Shown here piece after piece: positions 1 to 7,329 of a stretch of 32,000 nucleotides of DNA. Made by a program: the position numbers and the translations under genes. This stretch comes from Candidatus Fokinia solitaria (lineage in GTDB: Bacteria; Pseudomonadota; Alphaproteobacteria; Rickettsiales; Midichloriaceae). The stretch covers positions 240,001 to 272,000 of the forward strand of contig NZ_CP025989.1 of NCBI RefSeq assembly GCF_003072485.1. The letters are read 5' to 3'. How positions within the stretch are numbered: position 1 is the stretch's first letter; each line of letters begins with the position of its first letter. The notes below the pieces were generated by a model. It was given only the letters and a program-made list of their open reading frames with translations. It was not told the origin of the DNA and made no database searches.

Positions 1-1
1 T

Positions 2-877
2 GTTGTATTAGCAAATGTAGGAATAGGATGTGTTGCTTCTACCGCTATCTTAGCATTTTGCATAGAAAGACTGAAAGGTGTGGTAGGTAGTAGCACAATT
101 AATTTTACAAAAGGATTTAAAGGAGAAAAAATAAAAATGAGTTTTAAGGAAAGTATTTCCTTTATTATGAAAAGTCCAGAAATAGGGTTTTTGGTTCTTT
201 TTGTTCTCGCATACGGGATAGCTTTTAACACTATAGAAGGAGTGTATAAAAAATACGCAGCTATGGCTTTTGCTGGTAAGACCGCTTACTTTATATTCAG
301 TTCTCAGGTGCAAATGTGGACCGCAGGTTCTGCGATACTTTTCGGTTTATTCGGCTCTTATATCGGTAAGAAACTGAAATGGCGTACTATAGCATTGATG
401 ACACCTAGCATCATACTTGGTACTGCAATACTATTCTTTGCTTGTATAAAATTTTCTAGTAGCGTTGAGACGTGGATCGCGACGTATATCGGAATTAAAG
501 CTGTACAGGTAATAGCGGTGTGTGGTGCAATACAAAACGTTGTAGGAAAAGGAGCTAAATACCCTCTCTTTGATTCATCTTTAGAAAGAGTATATACAGT
601 ATTAGGAGAAGAGTTGCGGACTAGAGGGAAGGCAGTAGTAAGTGTGCTTGGAGGTAGAACAGGGAAGGGTTTCGGTGGATTATGGCAGCAGTTTCTGCTT
701 TGGTTATATGTAGTGGTGTATAGTCCAGCTACTGCGCCTAGTATAGTTAATATACAAGATGCGTTGCTATGGACGTCAATATTGATATGTATACCTTGGA
801 TTATCGCTATTTTCCCTATGTCTGAGAAATTTGAAGAAAGAAGAGCGCAAAAAATTAGCGAAACTGGAGAAGCTTAA
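2..877 (+). CDS. tlc: ADP/ATP (nucleotide) translocase, Tlc/NTT family, C-terminal part (5' end beyond window)
   Basis: Frame stays open upstream of the listed ORF start to base 2 (VVLANVGIGCVASTAILAFCIERLKGVVGSS...). Tlc-like segments: KMSFKESISFIMKSPEIGFLVLFVLAYGIAFNTIEGVYKK, WRTIALMTPSIILGTAILFF, GKGAKYPLFDSSLERVYTVLGEELRTRGKAVVSVLGGRTGKGFGG. Confidence 0.93.
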   Translation, partial: VVLANVGIGCVASTAILAFCIERLKGVVGSSTINFTKGFKGEKIKMSFKESISFIMKSPEIGFLVLFVLAYGIAFNTIEGVYKKYAAMAFAGKTAYFIFSSQVQMWTAGSAILFGLFGSYIGKKLKWRTIALMTPSIILGTAILFFACIKFSSSVETWIATYIGIKAVQVIAVCGAIQNVVGKGAKYPLFDSSLERVYTVLGEELRTRGKAVVSVLGGRTGKGFGGLWQQFLLWLYVVVYSPATAPSIVNIQDALLWTSILICIPWIIAIFPMSEKFEERRAQKISETGEA

Positions 878-914
878 TTGCTTCAAGCACGAGATGTGTA
901 GCATACAGTGAGTA

Positions 915-1286
915 TGCTGCACTTCAGTGTAGTATCTTATTCTTTCCTCTTTCTTTGGAAGTACTGTAAAAGCGCATAGTAAGGTCTTTTCTATGTGATA
1001 ATTTTCTTCTAAATCTTGCTATATTACTGTTTTCAATTTTTCTCCTTTAAATCCTTTTGTGAATCTAAGCATCTCAAAATAGTAGTCTCTTTGATAAATG
1101 TGCTGCACTGCAGTGTAGTATCTTATTCTTTCCTCTTTCTTGAGAAGTACTGTAAAAGCGCATAGTAAGGTCTTTTCTATGTGATAATTCTTCCTCTAAA
1201 TCTCGCTATATTACCGTTTTTAATTTTCTCCTTTAAATCCTTTTGTGAATCTAAGCATCTCGAAATAGTAGTCTCTTTGATAAATG
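915..1286. repeat. Two-copy direct tandem repeat, 186-bp unit (915..1100 and 1101..1286), slightly diverged
   Basis: Both copies run tgctgcac(t/g)(t/-)cagtgtagtatcttattctttcctctttctt...agcgcatagtaaggtcttttctatgtgataatt...tttctcctttaaatccttttgtgaatctaagcatctc(a/g)aaatagtagtctctttgataaatg. Confidence 0.93.
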
Positions 1287-1546
1287 AAGTATTTTTGATA
1301 GTAGATGAAATGCTTTTAATAACGCTTCTGAGGTTAAAAGAAAGAGATAAAGCCTCCTCACATTCTAATAAGATGTTGATATGCGTGTTCCATAATACTC
1401 TTTAGCGATTCTCTTTTTTCTCAATTTCCCTAAATGCTGCGCGATCTAAAGTAGAATGTATATTGAGAAGTATTTGAAATGTTGCTTCGGTGATGAAGTT
1501 GATTTAACGTGTGATGAAACAATTAAGATGAAGTTTTAGAAAAGAG

Positions 1547-2830
1547 ATGAATAGCATAAAAGAAGCCGATCGCGAAGTTTACGAAATTATATTGAATGAA
1601 TTACACAGACAACAGGATTCTATTGAATTGATTGCATCGGAAAATTTTGTAAGTAAAGCCGTACTTGCGGCATGTGGTTCTGTGCTGACAAATAAGTATG
1701 CAGAAGGATATCCAAGAAAAAGATATTATGATGGATGCGAGTTCGTAGATGAAGTGGAAGCACTTGCAATTCATAGAGCGAAACTACTCTTTAATTGTAC
1801 TTTTGCGAATGTTCAGCCTCACTCAGGTACTCAAGCAAATCAAGCAATTTTTACGGCTTTATTAAAGCCATACGATAAACTCATGAGTTTATCTTTAGAT
1901 TGTGGTGGACATCTTACACATGGTAGCGATGTTAGTATGTCAGGAAAGTGGTTTAATGTAGTTCATTATAAGCTGAATGCAGAAACACATATGCTAGACT
2001 ACGATCGTATATATGATATTGCGCAAAGAGAAAAACCAAAACTTATAATTGCTGGTTATTCGGCTTATCCTCGGATTATAGATTTCAAGAAATTCCGAGA
2101 AATAGCAGACTCTGTTGATGCTTATCTTATGGCTGACGTAGCGCATTATGCAGGATTGATAGCGGCGAAGTTATACCCTGATCCGTTTCCTTATGCGCAT
2201 GTAGCGACGGCTACTACGCACAAAACATTGAGAGGACCGCGAGGCGGTATGATATTATGGAATGATGGTGCATTGAGCAAATCAATAAATAGTGCAGTTT
2301 TTCCTGGAATCCAAGGAGGACCTTTGATGCATATCATTGCTGCAAAAGCTATTGCGTTCAAAGAAGCAATGTCGCACGATTTTAAGCAGTATGCTGAAAA
2401 TGTAGTGAAAAATGCCAAAGCTATGGCTGCACGTTTTGCAGAAGTTGGAGTGGATACAATTACTGGCGGTACTGATTCTCATATGGTGTTGCTAGATCTT
2501 AGAAAACATGGAGTACATGGAGTAACTTTATCAAGAGCATTGAGCGGTATAGGTATTACATGTAACAAGAATAGTATACCATTTGATGAATTGAAGCCTG
2601 CTTATGCATCCGGCGTGAGAATAGGTACTCCAGCTATTACGACGAGAGGTATGACAGCTGCTATATGTTGCGAAATAGCCTCTTCTATAGCAGATTGTAT
2701 AAACGCGCTGAAAGATACAAATGATGTAGATGAATTCTTACAAACTTCTTGTGCGAAAGATGTTCATGAACGAGTGAAAGTTATATGCGCAAGATATCCG
2801 TTATATAAAGACTTATATGAAAGAGAATGA
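1547..2830 (+). CDS. glyA: Serine hydroxymethyltransferase
   Basis: 427 aa; IELIASENFVSKAVLAACGSVLTNKYAEGYPRKRYYDGCEFVDEVE, QPHSGTQANQAI, MADVAHYAGLIAA, TTHKTLRGPRGGMI, FPGIQGGPLMHIIAAKA. Confidence 0.98.
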   Translation: MNSIKEADREVYEIILNELHRQQDSIELIASENFVSKAVLAACGSVLTNKYAEGYPRKRYYDGCEFVDEVEALAIHRAKLLFNCTFANVQPHSGTQANQAIFTALLKPYDKLMSLSLDCGGHLTHGSDVSMSGKWFNVVHYKLNAETHMLDYDRIYDIAQREKPKLIIAGYSAYPRIIDFKKFREIADSVDAYLMADVAHYAGLIAAKLYPDPFPYAHVATATTHKTLRGPRGGMILWNDGALSKSINSAVFPGIQGGPLMHIIAAKAIAFKEAMSHDFKQYAENVVKNAKAMAARFAEVGVDTITGGTDSHMVLLDLRKHGVHGVTLSRALSGIGITCNKNSIPFDELKPAYASGVRIGTPAITTRGMTAAICCEIASSIADCINALKDTNDVDEFLQTSCAKDVHERVKVICARYPLYKDLYERE

Positions 2831-3342
2831 AGAAAAAATCTACTTTTCGATTTTGTTTATTGACGCTTATTGCTTGTGTATTCTGCATGCGAGTACATGT
2901 ATCGTTTGCGTTGAAAAGTGTGTGTTTTTCTCCATCTAGTTGTTGCGAAAACAATATCGTTGAGCTTACTGATAAAGCGCGATACTCAATAGATATTGCT
3001 GTATATTCGCTAACTAATGTAAAAATATATAAAGCGCTTGTAAAAGCTAAAAAACGCGGTGTAGCAATTAGAGTTATTTCAGATAAATCACAGAGTAGTA
3101 GTAGATTTTCTCTTATTTCTGCATTACGCGCTCTCAATTTCAAAGTAAGAGTAAATAAGAAAGTGAAAATTGAGCATAATAAATTTGGTATATTCGATCG
3201 AACTATTATGCTGACTGGTAGCTATAACTGGACAGAATCTGCTACAAACGATAATTCAGAAAATTGTATTGTAGATAAAAGAAAAAGAATAATATCTCAG
3301 TATATGAGAAGATTCGAAGAACTATGGAAAATGTATGAATAA
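2827..3342 (+). CDS. Phospholipase D-like (HKD) family protein, probably exported, Nuc-like nuclease/phosphodiesterase
   Basis: 171 aa; N-terminal hydrophobic signal-like segment (FCLLTLIACVFCMRVHVSFA); HxKx4D motif in IEHNKFGIFDRTIMLTGSYNWTESATNDNSEN. Start overlaps glyA stop (ATGA). Confidence 0.88.
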   Translation: MKKKSTFRFCLLTLIACVFCMRVHVSFALKSVCFSPSSCCENNIVELTDKARYSIDIAVYSLTNVKIYKALVKAKKRGVAIRVISDKSQSSSRFSLISALRALNFKVRVNKKVKIEHNKFGIFDRTIMLTGSYNWTESATNDNSENCIVDKRKRIISQYMRRFEELWKMYE

Positions 3343-3357
3343 GATACATAAGCGATA

Positions 3358-3948
3358 CTAATCCTCAGCTGCACTGCATAATTTCTTGTATTTTTGCAAC
3401 GCTAGAGAGCGTTTCAGAGGAGAAAGACGATCTAAGAACACTGTACCGTTTGTATGATCTATTTCATGTTGCACACATACCGATAATATTGAATGCGATA
3501 ACTGTAGTGTTTTGGTACGCATTTTCATATCTTCGTACTCGACTATTACTTCTGCTGGTCTTTTGACTTTTACAAATAATCCGGGAAAGGATAAACATCC
3601 TTCTTCAAATTCGGTATAGTGATCAGAATTTTGTATCACCCTAGGATTTAGCATAACGATAGGGTGCTTTTCTTCTAGTGCCATTATCTGTTCATACTGT
3701 AAGTCATGAGAGGCGCACTCTACGTCGAAATTTTCTTGATGTAAAATGATCAACTTGACTAGATACCCTACTTGAACAGCTGCTAATCCAATGCCGTTTT
3801 TTGTACTAATAAGGTATTGGTACATTTCTACAAAAAGCGTTCTTACTTCCTCGGTTACTTCATGTATGTATTTAGACTCTTGATATAATATCTCATTAGG
3901 TGCTTTTACAATTTCGAGATTTAGTTTAGGCATGGTTGATAGTAGCAT
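3358..3948 (-). CDS. def: Peptide deformylase
   Basis: 196 aa (start may be the internal Met at 3933, MPKLNLEIVKAPNEIL). All three metal/active-site motifs: GIGLAAVQVG, EEGCLSFPG, QHEIDHTNGTVFLDRLS. Confidence 0.93.
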   Translation of the reverse strand: MLLSTMPKLNLEIVKAPNEILYQESKYIHEVTEEVRTLFVEMYQYLISTKNGIGLAAVQVGYLVKLIILHQENFDVECASHDLQYEQIMALEEKHPIVMLNPRVIQNSDHYTEFEEGCLSFPGLFVKVKRPAEVIVEYEDMKMRTKTLQLSHSILSVCVQHEIDHTNGTVFLDRLSPLKRSLALQKYKKLCSAAED

Positions 3949-3958
3949 TGCGTACTCC

Positions 3959-5050
3959 TCATAAAAAATTAACTTCGTATTCGATATTTAAATCATCGCA
4001 TATTCTATTAATAACTGTAGTGATTAACAATTTCATTCGATCTGCAGTATTAATATCTTTTTTTTCGAAAAACGTATTGCATTTAAATAATGTTCTCTTA
4101 CTTGTAGCTTCTGATATTGAGATTGGCAATTGTTCTTCAGTAATTATATCGATTGTATCTCTAAGTTCTGCGTTGAACCTTTCATGAAATCTTAAAACGG
4201 TATCTATAGAAGCGGTAGAGATATAGATATTGAAAGTAATATTTACTTTTGTGATCTTTGATGCATTTTCTACTGGAGTGGAGATAAAAAGAAGGTTAGG
4301 GATGCATATACTCTTGTTATCTATTCCTCTTAAGTGTGTAAATCTCCAATTAATTCTTTCTACTGTGCCTTCCGGCTGTAACAACCTATTATCCAATAGT
4401 TTGATTTTATGTCCTATTTTAAATTGTTGATCGGCATAAATACTTAATGTGCCAACCACGCCGCTAAGCCAGTCTCTTGAGGCTACTGCAATAATGATCC
4501 CACTTATTCCGCTAAACGCCATCAATCCCTCTATGCTGAGACCAAAGGTCTTCAATATTGCAAATGCGCCGAACAGTACTATTATTGCTGAAATGAACTT
4601 AGAAGCTACATCTATCGTTGGTTTATCAAGTACTATGTCGCTATTTGATAGAAATGCTGGAGTATGGTGAATTATGAATTTTTCCGTAATTTTTATTACT
4701 CTTATTACGAAATTTACTGTAAGCAAGATGCACGCTATATGTACTGTCTTATTTACAAATTCATACTTTGGCATAAGCATAGTGGCTACTTTCCCTATTG
4801 CAATTACCATTATTAATATACGTAGCGGAGTATAGCCGCTTAGAGCAATTCTATACCAATAACTCGATAATGGTGAGTGCTTTCTGCTTTTGTATAGAGG
4901 TAAGATCTTTCTCGCTAAGGATAATACATATAAAATAATCGCTGCCCATGAAATTGTAATAGCGATATGAAGTCCATTGGCAATAACCGTTCGATATTCT
5001 TCCAATATCGAGGTGTATAAGAAGGAAAAAATATCCAACATAAGCGTCAT
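3959..5050 (-). CDS. MscS-family mechanosensitive ion channel
   Basis: 363 aa; several N-terminal TM segments; MAFSGISGIIIAVASRDWLSGVVGTLSIYADQQFKIGHKIKL...GTVERINWRFTHLRGIDNKSICIPNLLFISTPVEN is a MscS-like beta-domain signature. Confidence 0.88.
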   Translation of the reverse strand: MTLMLDIFSFLYTSILEEYRTVIANGLHIAITISWAAIILYVLSLARKILPLYKSRKHSPLSSYWYRIALSGYTPLRILIMVIAIGKVATMLMPKYEFVNKTVHIACILLTVNFVIRVIKITEKFIIHHTPAFLSNSDIVLDKPTIDVASKFISAIIVLFGAFAILKTFGLSIEGLMAFSGISGIIIAVASRDWLSGVVGTLSIYADQQFKIGHKIKLLDNRLLQPEGTVERINWRFTHLRGIDNKSICIPNLLFISTPVENASKITKVNITFNIYISTASIDTVLRFHERFNAELRDTIDIITEEQLPISISEATSKRTLFKCNTFFEKKDINTADRMKLLITTVINRICDDLNIEYEVNFL

Positions 5051-5421
5051 TAATGAATACGAATTGCTTCTTTGAATATCTCGTATATCAATCCAATGCC
5101 TAATAAGCTAACGAAGAATAATCCAATTTTGAATGCAAATGGTGTAATATGTCCAATGCCTATTGCCAAAGGAAAAAGCATGCAGATTTCCACGTCGAAT
5201 ATTATAAACAATGTCGCGACTGAGTAAAATCCTATATGTGTATCACGTCTATTTCTTCCAACAGGAGGTAATCCGCATTCATACTCTGAAATCTTTGCTT
5301 TATAGTAGTTCGTTTTCGTAAGTAAAAATGGAAGCGCATTCGCCACTGTGCTAATGAGTACCACTATCAAAAAAAATACCGCTACAGGCTGATAGCTGAG
5401 GATTATATCATGAGCAAGCAT
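5050..5421 (-). CDS. nuoA: NADH-quinone oxidoreductase subunit A
   Basis: 123 aa; YYKAKISEYECGLPPVGRNRRDTHIGFYSVATLFIIFDVEICMLFPLAI. Stop overlaps the downstream mscS-like start (TAATG). Confidence 0.95.
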   Translation of the reverse strand: MLAHDIILSYQPVAVFFLIVVLISTVANALPFLLTKTNYYKAKISEYECGLPPVGRNRRDTHIGFYSVATLFIIFDVEICMLFPLAIGIGHITPFAFKIGLFFVSLLGIGLIYEIFKEAIRIH

Positions 5422-5518
5422 TGCTAACGTGAGATTAAAAACTTTATAGTGAATAATAGATGACTATGCGATAAATATCTATATTATTGCATAAAAAGCT
5501 CCTTGGTGTTCTCATTCG

Positions 5519-6196
5519 ATGTTATTGGAATTCTTTCATAGTTCTGTACTCCTGGTAAAGGTTTTCTTTTATAATTTCATGCTGCTAATTAAAAGCTTAG
5601 GGTATGTAGGGATTTTTATTACTTCTGTAGTAGAAGGCACTTTAGTACCAATTCCAAACGAGATTACGATGATTCCTGCAGGATATTTGGCTGCGCAGGG
5701 CGTTTTTAGCTTGCCTTTAATTTTAATTTCCGGGATTTCTGGAAATTTTTGCGGTGCATTTATCAGTTATTACGTCTCTTATAAGTACGGTGCGAAATTT
5801 ATAAAAAAATACGGTTCATACTTTTTTATATCCGAAAGCGCGATGAAAAAAGTAGAGTTTTTTTTCCAAGAATACGGAAGAGTGTCAGTTTTCATAGGGA
5901 GAATTATGCCAGGAGTAAAGCATTTTATTTCTATACCTGCAGGATTATCGAGAATGCCGATGAGTATATTTTGCCTGTATAGTAGTATAGGAGGCGGAAT
6001 ATGGGTAACTACTCTTGTGTTTATAGGATACTTAATGGGCGATAATGCTGCGCTAATTGCGAAGTATTTTGGATACTTGAATTACATAGTTGCTTTTATG
6101 ACGATTGGTGTCACCTTCTATATCTTACGTAAGCCATTGAAGAGTGCTTTATGTGTAATGAAAGGAAGAATAGAGACGATATTTAAAAGAAAGTAA
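5519..6196 (+). CDS. DedA-family (SNARE-associated) membrane protein
   Basis: 225 aa; GYVGIFITSVVEGTLVPIPNEITMIPAGYLAAQG, SGNFCGAFISYYVSYKYGAKFIKKYG, VFIGRIMPGVKHFISIPAGLSRM. Confidence 0.93.
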   Translation: MLLEFFHSSVLLVKVFFYNFMLLIKSLGYVGIFITSVVEGTLVPIPNEITMIPAGYLAAQGVFSLPLILISGISGNFCGAFISYYVSYKYGAKFIKKYGSYFFISESAMKKVEFFFQEYGRVSVFIGRIMPGVKHFISIPAGLSRMPMSIFCLYSSIGGGIWVTTLVFIGYLMGDNAALIAKYFGYLNYIVAFMTIGVTFYILRKPLKSALCVMKGRIETIFKRK

Positions 6197-6295
6197 TAAC
6201 CGTATTACTACGTTGAATATTGCTGTATGAGTTGTTATCATCATTGTGTCGAGATGTGAGAGTTTTCAGACTCGTATTTTAAAATAGAAAGTCTG

Positions 6296-7234
6296 ATGAA
6301 AAATAATCCGCAAGAATTGCGCAATAATGTGCCAGGTATACTGCTGATGTTATTGAATGCATTCTCTCTTTCTGTGTTGTATACGTGCAGCAAGAAACTG
6401 AGAGTTGTATTTGAAGCAGAGCAGTTAACGTTTCTGTACAAGTCTATTGTTTTTGTTTGCAGTATTCCTTGGATATTCTACAAGCATAGAAGTTTGAGTG
6501 TACTAAAAACGTCTAGAATAGGACTGCATTTCATGCGCGGCTTGAGTGCATTTTTAGGCTCTTTACTGTTCTATCATTCAATCTTATATGTGAATACGAC
6601 TGAGGTAGCCGCTTTTACGTATCTTGAGCCGTTGATCGTTACAGTATTAAGCGTTGTTCTATTTAAGGAAAAGTATCATACTGGTACAATAGTTTTTATA
6701 TTATGCGGTCTTATAGGTAATATTTTAGTTTTTTCAAGTAGTTATAGCAGTAAATACACTCCGCTAATAGGTTATGTATACTTGATATTTGCACTACTCT
6801 GCTGGGGTGCGAATAACATCTTTATAAAGATGCTTGGTAATACTGAAAGAACTGCAACTCAGTTATTTTATAATGTTTTTCTTGGTACTGCATTTTCTAT
6901 TCCGTTAGCGTTTCGTCATGCTTGGAGTATAGATTTAAGCTATATACCATATATTTTATTGATGGGTGCTGCACACGTAGTGCATATTGTCTCATTTTTT
7001 AAAGCTTTTAAACTATCTCCAGTTTCTGTGGTATTTCCTTTCGATTACACTAGATTGATATTTACGGCTTTATTAGCATACTTTTTTCTCGGGCAGAATC
7101 TTACCGTAATGACAGTTGCTGGATGTATTATGATAATAGCAGGTGGTGTGTTTATGATATACAGTGAAGCAAGAACTAAATATGGACTTAAACAAATAAA
7201 GCATAGTATTGAAAGCGAAGTAGTTAATAAGTAA
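6296..7234 (+). CDS. DMT superfamily (EamA-type) transporter
   Basis: 312 aa, about 10 TM helices; YTNTTEVAAFTYLEPLIVTVLSVVLFKEKYHTGTIVFILCGLIGNILV-like tandem EamA pattern and the C-terminal VVFPFDYTRLIFTALLAYFFLGQNLTVMTVAGCIMIIAG. Confidence 0.9.
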   Translation: MKNNPQELRNNVPGILLMLLNAFSLSVLYTCSKKLRVVFEAEQLTFLYKSIVFVCSIPWIFYKHRSLSVLKTSRIGLHFMRGLSAFLGSLLFYHSILYVNTTEVAAFTYLEPLIVTVLSVVLFKEKYHTGTIVFILCGLIGNILVFSSSYSSKYTPLIGYVYLIFALLCWGANNIFIKMLGNTERTATQLFYNVFLGTAFSIPLAFRHAWSIDLSYIPYILLMGAAHVVHIVSFFKAFKLSPVSVVFPFDYTRLIFTALLAYFFLGQNLTVMTVAGCIMIIAGGVFMIYSEARTKYGLKQIKHSIESEVVNK

Positions 7235-7329
7235 TTCTATTGTATAGATAATATATATTGTCTTTATAATATTGAATTATAAAGAGAAAAATTTTATACT
7301 CTCTTTACCTACGATAGTGCTCCACTGTA

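Noticed and set aside
50-313. 87-aa minus-strand ORF at window start
   Set aside because: Antisense to the strongly supported tlc coding frame; low-complexity F/K-rich translation.
900-918. Hairpin AGCATAC-agtga-GTATGCT downstream of tlc considered as a rho-independent terminator
   Set aside because: The stem is only 7 bp and is not followed by a T-run, so a terminator call is not supported.
1181-1405. 74-aa plus-strand ORF spanning the end of the 186-bp duplication
   Set aside because: Overlaps the second repeat copy, no recognisable domain, and the corresponding frame is not preserved as an ORF in the first copy.
2781-3143. 120-aa minus-strand ORF
   Set aside because: Antisense to the PLD-like gene, which has a clear motif and fits the gene spacing.
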